A stretch of 64,000 bases of DNA from assembly GCA_010909165.1 (NCBI GenBank), contig MU008167.1:372001-436000 (forward strand), read 5' to 3'. This DNA is from Anthoceros angustus (Eukaryota > Plantae > Anthocerotophyta). This document shows, piece by piece, positions 39,900 to 53,894 of the stretch (the first letter of the stretch is position 1; each line of letters begins with the position of its first letter). Below the pieces are notes generated by a model. That model was not told the DNA's origin, searched no databases, and saw only the letters and a program-made list of their open reading frames with translations. A program made the translations under genes and the position numbers.

Positions 39900-42506
39900 A
39901 TCACAGTCAAGCTAAGTCATGAAACTGCGTTTCAAAGAACAGCAGAAGCGTATAACCTGCTATGTCGCTGTGATGTGGGCTTCCACATCTGGGAAGCAGG
40001 TCTGCTTGGCGACATCGCAGTCTGTCAGGTAGTTAGCAGCAGTGTATAAATTTCAAAGCCTAGATCTCCATTCAAGCTGGCAGCTGTTAGCCTCTCGCTT
40101 GCTAAGCCAGCTTATTATTTCACAAGCTGATCCAAAGGGACATCGGCCTGTCCGGCTAGGAGTAGAGAATGTCAGGGCAAGTTGCAGGTCCTGCTCCTGC
40201 AATGTAGGCAGCATCAGCAGAGACACCATAATCTGTAAATCATTGTTTAGCTCTTCCAAAGCCGCCAACTTCTTGTTTGTCACAGTTGGTTTCAAGATTT
40301 CAAGTTTTGTTAACCATTGCGTTGTCATTCGCGGCTCGTTTTCAGGCTATTCTGCATGTTCATGTATGCTAGCGACCGATCCGAAGGTAGAACTTTAAAC
40401 CCATCCCTTTTCCTTGTGGTCTTGCATTTGAGCTTCTACTTCCCTGTGCAGTACGTATCTACTTCTTTCTGAATTGCAGAGTACTGTACCTACATACTTC
40501 GACGTTCACAGGCGGGTACACGTGACGTTTGGAATTCTGATTTCATTTTTTTCGCTTTCAAATCTTCACTGTTGAAGACTGTTTGCTTCTGCAAAGCAAG
40601 CTCTTGGACCGATGCTAACCCGAACCGTTTTGTTTGTTTGGCAAACACCTATGAGGCACCTCAGGTAACTTCCGCCGTTGCTTCGGACTGGATGAGCCTC
40701 TTGTCCATCTTACACCCCGGCCATCCGAACGTCTCCTGCCAGATGGCTCTGCTTAACTTATATCGACAGCAGCAGCTTTTGCGCTTGTACTTGAACATGG
40801 GTTGTCAGCAGCATGTTTTACAAGGGATGAGAAAGCGAGATGGACGCACTCAAGCCCACCAAACCAGACACAAACATTCTTGGCTGTTAGCTGGCTGACC
40901 GGAGCAATGTCAGAGCTGGTGACTATCACTGTCCCAACCACAGCGGGCGCTGGCTGGTGCTGCCAGAAGTCCTATTACACACGCCACATGATACATGTCA
41001 TGGAACTCACGCGTCCTGGCCCAGTTTCCTTTCATCATCCCTGCCAATCCGGGTGAGCCACACCATCACCGCACTTGTTACCCTACTCCAGCTTATCCTA
41101 ATCACCGCTCGTCCTTGATCAGATGCAGCATGGAGTCAGTCCTGAAGAAGTCCGGACTTGGAAGCCTGGCTCCACAGCCCAGCACTCGAGTCATCACAAA
41201 CCCACTCACGTGCCGGATCCTGGTATCTCCTCCTCACAAGCCAGATATTTCCACTGTACATCGTCTTTCATGCCAGTTTACAATGCCATGCGTATGCTGG
41301 ACTTGACATACACATTTTGTGCAGTGGCGGCATTCGAAGTCTGTCAACGGTGTCAGAATCCATGAGCCTCCCGGTGGCAACAGCAGTTCGAACTTTGTGG
41401 AACACCAAGGCGGGCGGACCCCACTGGGCATTACGCAAATCACATCCTCGAAGCCTGCCATATGGTGCTCCCTGCTGCACAGACGGAAGACCTGGGGGGT
41501 CCACCCACCACCCAGCCCTGAGACTGGAGAGCATCAAAAGACCCGCATCCGGATTCAGGTACATACTGCCGGCGTTTTATTACCTAGCCCCGACTCCAAA
41601 ACCCATGACCTGCTTTTTGTCCCCTTCCGCTATTCCCATCAGTTTCTCCTCCAAATGTTTTTACTCTCTCAGATCTGCGCTTCCACATTCACTGCCGCTT
41701 GGCATCCAATCGGCCGGGCCAAGCTTTGCCAGATTCCTTCTTGTGGCGTCCGGTCAATCAGTTGTCGCCTCTACCCTCCTTGCTCTCCACCTTCTCTTGC
41801 CCATTCGGCCCATCACACCATACTCCCCTCACATTTCCTTCTCAATGCATGATTTGATGTATTGAGCCTCGCTACATAGGTATTGGGCACACGCTGTTAG
41901 CTTCCACGTGGAAATCCGAGGACAATTTGTGGGTCTCACATGCTTTTTTGTCTCGTGCAGTTTTTCCGCACACACTGCGTGGCCTCCAATGCTTCCCAAT
42001 GACTGGTCATAATATTGTAAGTCCACCCAAAATCTCGATTCGCGTTTCATAAGGCATTTTACCTGTTAGGGCGTTGGGCAGGTTTTACCTGAAGTCAAAG
42101 GCAAACGGCAAACGGAGGGGAACGCACCTCGCTGTCTTTTATCCCTCGTTTCGAAGTGTCGAAATCCTGGAGCCCAAAAACCGTGCGAAATTTGATCATT
42201 CGAACTGCATGTTGTACTTCCACTGGAATATTTCCTCCAGGTAAAGCAGGTGTTTGTTGTTTTCGGAAGCAGGAGGGGGCTTGGCTGAAAAACGACGGTG
42301 GAAGTTTAGCCGATGCACAACTAAACCAGGTGACATGCGTTATCAAGCTATGGGAATGGGGGACCTAAAATCGCCGCTTGGCCTATGATACCTAAATCAA
42401 AGTAGTGAGCAAAGTGAAAAGTTTTAACTATCAAACCCTAACTAATCAAGATAAGTGAACCGAAAATTGAAAGTCCTATGTACTCTTAGATAGTTGAGGA
42501 GGGATC

Positions 42507-42623
42507 GCATTGTGATAGTAGCATTGAGCCACTTAGATCAAAGGGGCATTGTGATAGTAGCATTGAGCCACTTAGATCAAAGGGGCGTTGTGATAGTAGC
42601 ATTGAGCCACTTAGATCAAAGGG
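42507..42623. repeat. Tandem repeat, 39-bp unit x3
   Basis: gc(a/g)ttgtgatagtagcattgagccacttagatcaaaggg at 42507, 42546 and 42585. Confidence 0.9.
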
Positions 42624-43246
42624 TTGGTGCAATCGAGGATGCATTTCCTCCACGAATGCGGATTGTTAACCTCTTACCATACCAGCTTTTTCAATGACAA
42701 ATTTTGATTGCACCTCCCATTTTTACATGTAGGTTAATTGATGAAAAACAAATATAATTACACATGTGAATCTTATCCAATAAGCTACATCTAATCTTAG
42801 TTGATAATTTTTAATAGAAAAAAAATTACATTCTAACTACTCTGGAACAAAATGTTTTTGAGAACATTGAGTACATGACTGAAATAAAAATAAGTCTCAA
42901 TGCACGTGTTTGTCTATTCAACAAAGCTCCTAGTGCTGAAGTTTTGAAATGTAAATATTCCACATTCTTTGATTTCAATTCTTTTATGAGTATAACTATT
43001 TGATTTATTTGATAATAATCAAAATAATTCTATCAAGGATATGAACCATATGTGTATGATTTTGTGATGTCCTTGAAATTTATTGCATATGATTATGTCC
43101 TTACTATCAACGTCAATATGATCATTATAACAAAGTCCAACTCCAGTGAGGTTTGTTATGATATTTTTAGAGTTGAGGGTTCAATATCCACTTGTTGAGC
43201 GTACAACAAAGACCCGGTTCCCAAGGTTCAAGGTTTAAGGAAGTTC

Positions 43247-43677
43247 ATGCTTTCTGAAAATCAATTAATGTCTACATATAGATTAGATTAAGGTCTTAAT
43301 TGAGAGACTCCGATTAGAGTTTCATATTTTATAAATAAGAATTCTGAAGTCTAAGATTTAGTGTGCTTTAGATGCGAGAAAGAATAATGTCTCCACATGA
43401 TTTATAAGCATTAAACTTTAAATGAAACCTTGAATTAAGGTCTTTAAGAGTAGGGGGTTAAGGGTAGTTAATGCTTTCTGAAAATTGACTGATGTCTACA
43501 CATAGATTAGGACAATGTCTTAATGGACAGACTCCAATTAGAGATCCCTATTTTATAAATAAGAATTATGAAGCCTAAGACTTATTGTGGTTCATATGCG
43601 AGAGAGAACAATGTCTCCACCTGCTTGACAACCATTAAAGACTTTCTCTTGACAACCATTAAATTATAGATGAAACA
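43247..43677. repeat. Old imperfect tandem duplication, ~224-bp period, AT-rich
   Basis: atgctttctgaaaa..atgtctaca.atagattag..ttttataaataagaatt.tgaag.ctaaga..atgcgaga..aatgtctccac occurs twice (~43247, ~43471). Confidence 0.75.
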
Positions 43678-43721
43678 TGAATAAGGGGTTAGAAAAATGA
43701 TGTTCTATACACATAGGTTCA

Positions 43722-43784
43722 TAGAACCACACTAGGATTGAACTCTGGCTTGGTAGACCGCCTTATCCATTGGGCCATGCAACA
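43722..43784 (-). pseudogene. Decayed tRNA-Arg(ACG)-derived sequence (pseudogene or SINE head)
   Basis: Minus strand TGGCCCAATGGATAAGGCG-GTCTACCAAGCCAGAG-TTCAATCC resembles plant tRNA-Arg(ACG) (TGGCCCAATGGATAAGGCGCTGGTCTACGAAACCAGAG...TTCGATCC) with deletions. It cannot fold a full cloverleaf. Confidence 0.6.
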
Positions 43785-44691
43785 CCAACAAAAACTTCAT
43801 CTATGTCCATGAACACATGCGGCTTCATCTATGTCCATGAACACATACAGCTGTGTGTTCAAATACTACTCCACTATCATGGTATAACATGATAAAACTC
43901 TCCTTGCTAACATATGATTCGATATTGAGTCTTGGTATGACCTCCATTTTAAATACACTTTGAATTAAAGTCTTGGGATGCTATATATTTATATGATCAA
44001 AATTTAGGTATTTAATTATATTTTTAAAAATCTCCAATACTTCATTTGTCTGAACGTATCAAGGTATCTTAAGGGCTAAGAACTTCATTTGTACTGCATC
44101 TCTCTCTCTCTCGCATATCTTGGCAATCTTGGCAATCTTGGCAATCTGTCATACCCCTTGTTTGGGATCACTCGTCCCCCTAATCCGAAAATACGAAAAC
44201 ATTATTAAATTAAAAATCTATTTTTTCTTATATATTTGGAATCTACTGATCCATTATTGTAGAGCGGTTATAACACGAGACATGCATGCATAGTATGCAT
44301 GCACATGAGCAGCAGGCACGGTGACTGAATGGGTCACGAATGGGGCATTGGGCGTTGGGCTGTGGGACGGATGTAGTTATGCAAATTTGGGACAGTGGCA
44401 GCGGACCATAGGCGGCAGTTCATAAACCGGTGCCCAAATTGAAAAACAGATGTGGAAATCGCGGGTGTCAGGGATCGGAAAGATGCGGGTTTTGCATGAG
44501 AATTGATGCGCATTCAAGTCGGAGATCGATCGGGCCGGCCCCCGCCCTCGGAAAAGCATAATCATACACAGCCGGTCTTCTGTGCGCGTGCGTGCTTGTG
44601 CGTGCTTGTGCCAGGACCGCCAAAATAAAAATCACACGCCCAACGGCACCATCCGGTGAAACCCATCCGGTGAAAACTACCCACACCACTC

Positions 44692-44806
44692 CCATACTCT
44701 TTCATCCATGCTCTTTCATCCATGCTCTTTCATCCATGCTCTTTCATCACATACTCTTTCATCCATGCTCTTTCATCACATGCTCTTTCATCCATGCTCT
44801 TTCATC
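44692..44806. repeat. Minisatellite, ~14-bp unit (tgctctttcatcca) x~7
   Basis: Directly visible repeats with catcaca variants. Confidence 0.9.
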
Positions 44807-46990
44807 GTACTCTTCCCACCTTGCTCTTCATGGTTTACACCCAACAACATTGATTCAATCGGAGAATGAGGTACATACATAATAGGCTCTGCAGCAAATG
44901 TCGTCCTTTCCATTCAGCTTTGTTGGTATTTGGTGATAATCTTTCATGTTCGATGAAAAGGAGGGCCGATCCTATGTAACCCAATGAATTGAGCCAACCG
45001 GAAGAACTTTACGTCTAACGGTCGGAGACACGAGGGAGAGAGATCAGCACGATACAAAAGTACACAAGTTGTAACATCCTGGAATCAGAGGCTCAAGTGA
45101 TGGAGAGTTAAGGACAGAGTTGCATTGTCATATTCCATAGCCTCCGTATTGGTGTAAGTTGTTTGTTGCAATCAAACCAACTCTTGCATATCTTGTACGA
45201 GTTCTAACATATATATGTTATGTACAAACGTGCTTGTTACGAATTTATCATTTCCAAGCACGCGGATCATCATGGTTGGAGGCTTGATGAAGAGCACTTG
45301 GGATTTGAATGGACCAAATGTCCATACATCTATGGCATGCTGAGGTACGTAATCTCAGAATGACAACATCGATTGAGACTCTTCTTTGTACACCATCTCA
45401 TTGTCTCACGACAAAGACTAGGACTTCCGCATGGAAAAGGACGCATACGATCACAACCTTGAGATATGACCGTTGTGGGCTGCTAACGATCGCACTACCA
45501 TGTCTGCAACGTCACATGTTGCACGACCCTTCCACATGTTCCACGTCTCATCCACATGGGACAACTGCCGATCTAAAGCATCGTATCGATATTGACAACC
45601 AACCGCACTCCCAACTTATGTACTTCCATCGGCACCCAACCCATATCTTGTTCACGTCTGAATACTGAAAGAAGGTCTCGCACTTCACGCTTTCATGGAG
45701 TGAGGAAATTGTTGCGTCTCTATCCTGAGGGATAGATGAATAGTGGTGTTTATGGGCGCGCCGGACTCCCTCGTGCGAGTTTTTCTGTGGTGGGAGATTA
45801 CAATCCCCAGTCGCAATGGTAGTTAATGCAAGCATTATATATCGTATGAGAGAGAAGTACCTAGTCTAATTAGCTGCAGGCTAATAGAATGGACAAGGGG
45901 CGGGAAAAATGGCGATAAAGGGCGGGAGGAGCATGGTGATGATGACATGGGAGGTGTGCCGGCCTGGGCCTGGGGCTCGGGCTGGGATGGGATGGGGCCA
46001 GGACGGGCCCGGGCCCGGGCTCGGGAGAGAGACACAAAGGGGAAGGCAAGGCAAGGCAAGGCAAGGCCCGGGCCGAAGGGGGAAGGGAAAGGGAAAGGGA
46101 AGGGAGAGAAAGAGCGGGCGAGGCGAGCGGGCAAAGCAGGCAGGCAGTCAGTCGGGACTCGGGACGCGACTCGAGTCGGAGTCGGAGTCGGGCACGGCCC
46201 AGCCCAGAGGAGAGAGCGGATCACTCTCGCGCGCTGCGCTTGCGCTCTGCGCTGCGCTCCTCGAGAGGGAAGAAGCCAGTGGTGGCGCGCAAGGCCGAGG
46301 GCAAGGCAAGGGAAGGGAAGGCAAGGGAAGAAGGGGAAGAAGCTCGCAAGGCGCGCCGGCCATGGCGCCCGCGGCAGCAGCAGCGGCCATGGCTGCGCCT
46401 CTGCCGCCGTCCCAGGAGCCCTGCCGCCGGCAGCCTGACGCCGCTTCCCGCACTCACACACACACAGAGACGCTCAGGCCCGCTCTGCTGCCGCTGCCGC
46501 GGCCGCTGCCTGCGTCACCGCGCATTCACCCCATTCCAGGACCAGCTGCCGCCGCTGCCGCTCCCGCTGCGCAATTTGGAGCAGAGATGAGCAGGCCTGG
46601 CAGCGGGGAGCAGCCGCTGCCGGGGTTGCCCGGGGAGCATGCTGCTGCACATCGCCGGATGGTGTGGTAGGGGAGGAGAAGGCAAGGGAAGGGAAGGAAA
46701 GGAGAAGGGAAGGTAGGAAGGAAGGAAGGGCAAGGGAAAGGGAGCATTGGCCTGGGGAGGAGGAGGAGGCAGTTGCTGGATGAGGCCGGGCTTGATGGTG
46801 CCGGGGCCGGGGAGGAGGTAGGGCAGGGAAACCGATGCGGATGGGGTAGCGGCGGGGGAGGGGACGTGGCTTGGCAGCTCATGTTGCAGATCGGGGGCCG
46901 GGGAGCGGCGAGGGCAAGGCCATGAGGTGAAGGGAGGAAGGAGGGGTTTGAGAGGAAGGAGGCTTTGGAAGGGGCTAGGAGGGAGCAGGG

Positions 46991-49900
46991 ATGGGCTGCG
47001 TCAGTACCAAGGAGGGGTCGCCGCGGGAGGAGTCGCAGAGTCCGAAGCAGGACAAGGCGCCGTCGGCCAGGTCGTCCGGGAGGCGGTCCAATGCCAGCGC
47101 CAAGGTGGAGACGGTGGAGATCCCGAATGGAGTGTTTGAGAAAGAGAAAGAACGGGCGAAGGTGAAGCAGCCTAAGCAGAATGGCACTGTGGTGGCTGCG
47201 CAGGAGGAGGGGCCGGAGAGGCGGAGGGGGCAGATGGAAAGGCATGCGCAGCCGGAACCTAATCCCAGGTTGAGCAATCCTATCAAGAACACGGAGGGGG
47301 AGCAGGTGGCGGCGGGGTGGCCGCAGTGGCTGTCGCAGGTGGCGGGGGAGGCTATCAAGGGCTGGATTCCGCGGCGGGCTGATTCTTTCGAGAAGCTTGA
47401 TAAGGTGAGTGAGTGAGTCGATGAGCTGCTTCTTGTGATGGGTGTATGGCGAGGTTGTGTGGAATGGTTGTGAACTGTGTCGTTGTGCTGCGGCGGGGGT
47501 GCAGATTGGGCAGGGGACTTACAGCAATGTGTACAAAGCTCGTGACCTTGATACTTTGAAGATTGTGGCGCTCAAGAAAGTGAGGTTCGATAATGGGGAG
47601 CCTGAGAGCGTGCGGTTCATGGCACGAGAGATCCAGGTTCTCCGCAGGCTGGATCATCCTAATGTTGTGAAGCTGGAGGGGCTTGTCACTTCTCGGATGT
47701 CCTGCAGCCTATACCTTGTGTTTGAGTATATGGAGCATGACCTGGCAGGCTTGGCTGCATGTCCTGGCATAAGCTTCACCGAGGCTCAGGTACGGATGCC
47801 ATTTGCTTGTCTCTGTCGTTGTCTGCTTTTGCCATGTGTCACTTTCTTGTGTTAATGCCTTCCCATCATTGCAGGTCAAGTGCTACTTGCAGCAGCTCCT
47901 GAGAGGTCTCGAACATTGCCACACCCGGGGTGTCCTGCATCGTGACATTAAGGGGTCCAACCTCCTGCTGGATAATGGTGGCAGCTTGAAGATCGCGGAT
48001 TTTGGGCTTGCAACCTTTTACCATCCAGATCAGAAGGTTCCTCTCACAAGTCGTGTTGTCACCCTTTGGTACCGGCCGCCTGAGCTCCTGCTTGGAGCTA
48101 CTGAGTATGGAGTTGCGGTGGATCTCTGGAGTACGGGTTGCATATTGGCAGAGCTTCTAGCTGGGAAGCCGATAATGCCAGGCAGAACAGAGGTACATGT
48201 TTGGAATTCCATGAGTGTTCTGAGACGAATTGCCGGAATCCCCCTTGCTGTTGCTTAACGTACTTGGTCTTGTGTAATGTTGCCAGGTTGAGCAATTGCA
48301 TAAGATCTTCAAGCTATGTGGCTCCCCATCTGAGGAGTACTGGCGCAAGTCCAAGTTGCCTCATGCCACCATTTTCAAGCCTCAGCAGCCCTATAAGCGA
48401 TGCATTTCTGATACTTTCAAGGATTTTCCTCAATCATCCCTAGCGCTTTTGGACACTCTCCTTGCCATTGAGCCAGCCGACAGGGGTACAGCATCCGCTG
48501 CACTGAAGAGTGAGGTACAATGTCTAGGCACTAACTGCTATTGTGTAATTGTCATCTTGTGTTGAAGCATGGGTAGTAGCTTGACTGCTTTTTGTATGAG
48601 GAGACCGAGATGGAAGAACTGCGTAGTCATGGCTTGCAGCTTTGTTGCAGTTCTTCAGCTCCAAACCACTTGCCTGTGATCCTTCAAGCTTGCCCCAGTA
48701 CCCTCCAAGCAAAGAGTTTGATGCCAAAATTCGAGATGAAGAGAATCGGAGGTATGCTTCTCCTGACCTGTGCTACGTACTACTTTTCTTTTTTTTGGTG
48801 TGGTCCTCTGAACTGTCAGTGAGAGCTATCATTGTACTCCTGAATTGTAGGCAACGAGCCGCTGGTGGACGAACACGCGGAGATGCAGCTAGACGTCCTT
48901 CTCGTGGGGACCGCATTGGGAAGGCAGTGCCTGCACCTGATGCAAACCCTGACATGCCACTTGGAATGCAGGTAGCTTTGTGGTTTATGTGGCCCTGTTT
49001 TGTGTTGATTTGTGTTTCGTTCTGCGCACATGTTTATTGTGGGGAAAGCGGATGAAGAAATATATGGGAGGGTCTTCGAGTTCAGGTTGTACAGTGGGGG
49101 ACTCTGTTGTCTTCTGACACTGTGAACATGAATGTGGAAACATTGCTGAAGTCCTCCTGTTCGTTGTAACAAAAAACGTTTTTTTCATGGTCTTTGCCAA
49201 TGCAGAAGAGACGGAACCAGCCAGCTTCAAAGAGCAAGAGTGAGAAATTTGCCCCTGTTCATGAAGATTCAGCTGGTGGTTATGGTATCGATAGCTCTAG
49301 AGGGGGTCAAGCAACCTCACCAGCACCACCAGTGGTGCGTCCTTACGCCCACCCTGCCTCGACGAGGTCGGGACCACAGCCCCTTGTCAATCCCAGCACA
49401 GGAGGAACATGGAATAAAAAGAAGGATGAGGATATGAGGAATGCGTCTACCCGTCCAAGTTCAAGATCGACAAAGTCTATGACTGTTTCTGATTTCACCA
49501 CTCAGTCAACCTATGGGCAGCAACCAGCTGCAGATGCACCTAGTGCCGGAGCACCAAGAAATGGTGCTGCGGGAGACCATCCCCGGGAGCGTGGCACTTC
49601 CAGGCAAAGAGAGAGAGTCGCAGATGGTGAGGGTGTGCGCCGGGGTGATGCACACAGCAGCAGTAGGCGGGAGCAGGTGGAATCAGGAAGTAGGCGGGAC
49701 CGCTCTGATATAAAGCGAGAGCAGCTGGACGCTCACCGCTCCGATGCTTCATACAAGCGTGACCAGGTGTCAGACAGTTACAAGAATGTTGAGGGAGCAC
49801 ATGCCACAGAGACTCGCCACAGGGAGAGCCGTGGGGTATCAAAGGAACCATCAACCATGGTGATTTTTCTGTTTGTTGGCAACGTAGTCTATGAAGTGCT

Positions 49901-50439
49901 GGTTGACGGTTCCTTTGAGTGCAGTGGAGTACCAAAGGAACCATCAACCTTGGGTAATTAGTTTTGCCCTTTCAGCACTCCTCCACTCCAGGATGCTATC
50001 TGGTTGAGAGTGAAATAACGCTTCCTTTATTTGTTTGCAGAGCTACCAGAGTCAAGCCGAGAGGATGTACCATTCGGGTCCTTTGCTTCATCAAGGCTAC
50101 ACGGTAGATATAGAAGAACTTTTAGAGGACCATGAACGTCAACTCCAGCAAGCCTCGCGGCGAGCAGCACAGGCAGCACAAGCAGCAGAAACAGGTCAGA
50201 ACATGCGTAACTCGGACAAAAAAATGTATGACCACAAGAATTGGCATCATGGGAGAAATGGAGCAAATGAGAATCAAGAGACAGAACTGGGAAATGGTGT
50301 GGGGTCCAACCTGAGTCATCACATGAAACGGAACAAGTCTCGCCCAGGAGCAGAGAGGTTTGGGGAAACAAGGGAGTCGGAGAAAGATGGAAAGCCTTCT
50401 TCTATAGCAGAGGGTTATGGCAAGCTCCAAGACACATAA
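46991..50439 (+). CDS. CDK-like (CKL / IBS1 / CDKC-related) Ser/Thr kinase with N-terminal MGC acylation motif; 8 inferred exons
   Basis: MGCVSTK start; EGEQVAAGWPQWLSQVAGEAIKGWIPRRADSFEKLDK|IGQGTYSNVYKARD, PESVRFMAREI, HRDIKGSNLL, DFGLA, VVTLWYRPPELLLGAT, LACDPSSLPQYPPSKEFDAK, C-terminal YHSGPLL...LLEDHERQLQQASRRA. Confidence 0.95.
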
Positions 50440-51889
50440 AGTCAGTGGCTTGTGGGGGATTTTCTGTAGAATGTATTGTTTTTGGGCTCTCTACCCTTGT
50501 ATTTGTCACTGTTGGTGGTGAGAGGCAGGGCTTGCCTGCCAGTACACATACATGCAAGCACGGTGCGCTCATGCAAGAAGCCTTGCAAGTTTAAGGACCA
50601 GGTATACTTGTAGGGCCTTGTCGCTGTATTCTGATATCTTCTGATTGTGTCCATTTGATGTAGAACAGTAATTAATATCCCCCTCTTGTTAAGCTGTCAT
50701 AGCATGCCCTGTCAGTGGCGGGGTGCATGGGAAGATCATACCTTGTATCTTTTCTAGGCAGTGCTTTTGCATGAGGAGAGGAGGAATCCACTTGGACTGA
50801 AAGGAGAGCTGGTCTTTGTGGAATTTAACCGGTTGATGTCCATTGGCAGTCAATGACAATGGATGGGGCAATGGATTAAGTAGTACAATCATCGGTCACC
50901 ATGGTCTGCAGTGATAATATGAGACCAGTGCTAAGATGTAGCTGCCATGTAAAGGTTCGGTTGTACCTTAAGCTGTTTCGGCCAATGAGACTTTGCATAT
51001 AATTTTCTTCTAATATCCAAGGGGCATGTCCAGGTGTGGCTGCAATGGGAAGAGCCAGATGTGAGTTTTGTCCTTCTGTGAAGTGTGCTAATGTCTTTTT
51101 GCTCCTTGGCCCGGTGCGTGAAAGAAAAGTTTGTGTGCTTCATCTGTGCCTGCAGGCTATATTATCTTGAATGGTAGGCACAGGTACTCTTGCTTATGTG
51201 GTGGTAGGGCTTTTAAGAATTCCCCTTGCCGAGACCCTTTGTTGAAGTGAGTGAACTGCATGACCCAGCTGCTGCATTTTGCTGGACTGCCAGCTGCCGC
51301 ATACCCGTGAGAATACAATTATCAATGTGTTATGGCCTTCAGTGTTTGCTTGCTGCTACCGGCCTACAGTTTGACACACTTGTTGCCCCCTACTGTGAGA
51401 TGATCGCCTCAATGGCCGGTGCCTCCCACCTCGATTTGGGACGAGCCATCCAAGTTCCCCGTGTAGCGAGCAGCGGCGTTGTGGACACAACTAGTCATGT
51501 GGTGACGATCTTTTGCGTGAGACTTAGCTTGTCGGCGCCAAGATGTAATTTTTACGAAACTACTCGTGTTTCACATCTAACGCTTAAAGTAATTTCTGTA
51601 GAGTTGATCTGCAGTCTTCTCAAGGTCAGTATGCTATGTATGCTATTTCAGTGGGGGTACTTTAAATTTGGTGGCGGTGCATTAAATTTTGGTGGGGCGT
51701 GATGTCCATTCAAAAGTGCGGAGGCAAGTTATACACAATTTGGCTTGGGCACCTCTACGCTCGCAAGTGCGCATTGTCCCTATTGTACGTACATACTTGG
51801 ACGTGTGCGCATTGTCCCTATTGTACATACTTGGACGTTCCCTGTCTTTGTGCAGATCTCCTTTTGGATCCCTATGATACAACGACAGA

Positions 51890-53400
51890 CAGGCCATCTT
51901 GAATGCTTTCCCATAGATGATGAATGGGAGTCCACAGATTTGATGCCCTATTCCAGCAATATGGGATTGTACGCCAACTCTCTATTCCTTACACTCAACA
52001 ACAAAATGGAGTGGCTGAGCGGAAAAACCAGACACTAATGGGGATGATTAGGAGCATGCTGACCTGATCTGCCTGGCCAAAGCATTTCTAGGCTCAAGCC
52101 ATTGTTGCAGCCACGTACATCCTAAACAGAGTAGTCACTGCAACCTTACCTGATCCCACTCCTTATGAGGCACTTTGGGGTAGAAAGCCTAATCTGCACC
52201 ATTTATGTGTCTTTGGGTCACTTGCTTTTGCGTTCATTCATGAAGCTAAGAGGGGGAAGTTAGATAATCGTGCAAAGCCTCTCATTTTTCTTGGCTACTC
52301 AGAAGAATCCAAAGCTTATAAGCTGTTTGTCCCACGTATCAAAAATTACCCTTGCTCGAAGTGTGATGTTTGAGGAGCTGTTGATGCCCAAGTCTGATCC
52401 TCATCCTGACCAGATGGATTTCTCGAGTTGGTGAAAATAATGATCAACACCGAGGAGCACCAGATGATGAGGGCTTACCGTTTCTAGATGTTGTGGATGA
52501 CGACTAGGAGTCTGATGCTTCTCAACCTCATTCTCCTCATTCTATACATGATGATGCTAATTTTCCAGATGCTGGTGATCACTCACAGGCTGCTAATGTA
52601 GTGTTGAACCACTCTAATGGTGAGGGACAGCAAGAACAAGTGTCAGACAATCCTGCACCTCTCTAACCAGAGAACGAAGGACTCGTGAGAACTGGCTAGA
52701 GCCACTTTACTAGCCCATGGACTTTCGAAGGTCATCTGCCAATTAATTAACCGTAAGAGTCAAGGTGAGACCAGACCCTCAATCTTACTTTGAAGCCTTG
52801 AATGGACCAGATGGAGCTCATTGGAGAGTGTCTATCGATGATAAGTATATTTCCTTGGTGAAGAATAAGACGTGGGAGCTGACAGATCTTCCTCTTGGAC
52901 AAAAGCTGATAACGTGTAAGTGGGTCTTTAAAGCAAAGTTGAAAGAAGACGGCACAATAGCTTGTTACAAATCCAAGTTGGTTGCACGAGGGTTCAGCTA
53001 GATACCAGGCATTGATGATGGAGATACCTTTTCTCTGGTTGTTAAGCCACCTTCTGTCCGAATTCTTCTTGCAATGGCCATTGAGTTCTACTTAGAGCTA
53101 CACCAAATGGATGTCTGTACGGCTTCTGTACGGCCTTCCGTCATAGCGAGCTGGAAGAAGTACACTACATAACGCAGCCTGAAGGGTTTGTTAGCAAGAA
53201 GTGACCTAAGAAAGTCTGCAAACTCTTGAAAACTATCTATGGCTTGAAGCAAAGCCTAAGGGCTTGGTATAAGCGGATAATAAAGTTCCTAAAGAAGGCA
53301 GGGTTTATACAATCTCTAGTTGATCCTAATGTGTTCTACCTTGCAGAAGATGGACTGTTTGTCATCTTGGCTTTGTATGTAGACAATGCGATTCTCCTTT
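51890..53400 (+). mobile_element. Degenerate Ty1/copia pol fragment (integrase end through RT), copy 1
   Basis: NGVAERKN-like, TPYEALWGRKPNLHHLCVFGSLAF..KLDNRAKPLIFLGYSEESKAYKL, KNKTWELTDLP..ITCKWVFKAK..YKSKLVARGFS, LKTIYGLKQSLRAWY, LALYVDN. Many stops and frameshifts. Confidence 0.9.
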
Positions 53401-53894
53401 CCAGCCTTCACACAAAATGCGGGCGTGGGAAGAGCCCACCAAAACCACCTTGTCGAGATAAAGAGTTCCTCAAGGACAAAGTCCCAATATCCCTCTGACG
53501 GTGGCCCCAGGGCTGGATGAAGGGCCAAGAGTGGCGATAGTCTCCTGGCTAGCGCCACCGGCTCAGCAAAAAGCCGAGCACTAGTGACACGGCACCCAAA
53601 CAGGCAACAAAGAGGTACCTTTTGAGACTGGCCTTCGTGGGGTCCGGACGAACCTTACCCACTTTAGCAAAGTCCAACCGAGATCTAGCAGAGTGCTTAG
53701 CTTCCTCCTGCAATTCTCTCAATCCCCCTCCGGAATCGGCGGAGACCCGGGCGATCTCGATGACGAGGAAAACCACCTTGGGAACGATGAAGACACTCAG
53801 GGAGAAAAAGAAATAAGGCCCAAGCATGTCGTTAGGGATCCAGTGAGGTGCTCAAGGAAGGTGATAAGCAAGGCGGACCTCATCCCAAAGGTGC
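53401..53894 (-). mobile_element. Non-LTR (CRE-clade-like) retrotransposon fragment, duplicated copy
   Basis: Indel-rich copy of ~55115-55647. Confidence 0.65.

Noticed and set aside
41234-41461. FECRHC...NWHERRC, resembling a BED-type zinc finger
   Set aside because: No transposase or other domain follows; insufficient evidence.
45835-46670. Several 100-250-aa ORFs upstream of the kinase
   Set aside because: Low-complexity GC-rich promoter/UTR sequence depleted of stop codons; translations are Arg/Gly/Pro-rich noise.
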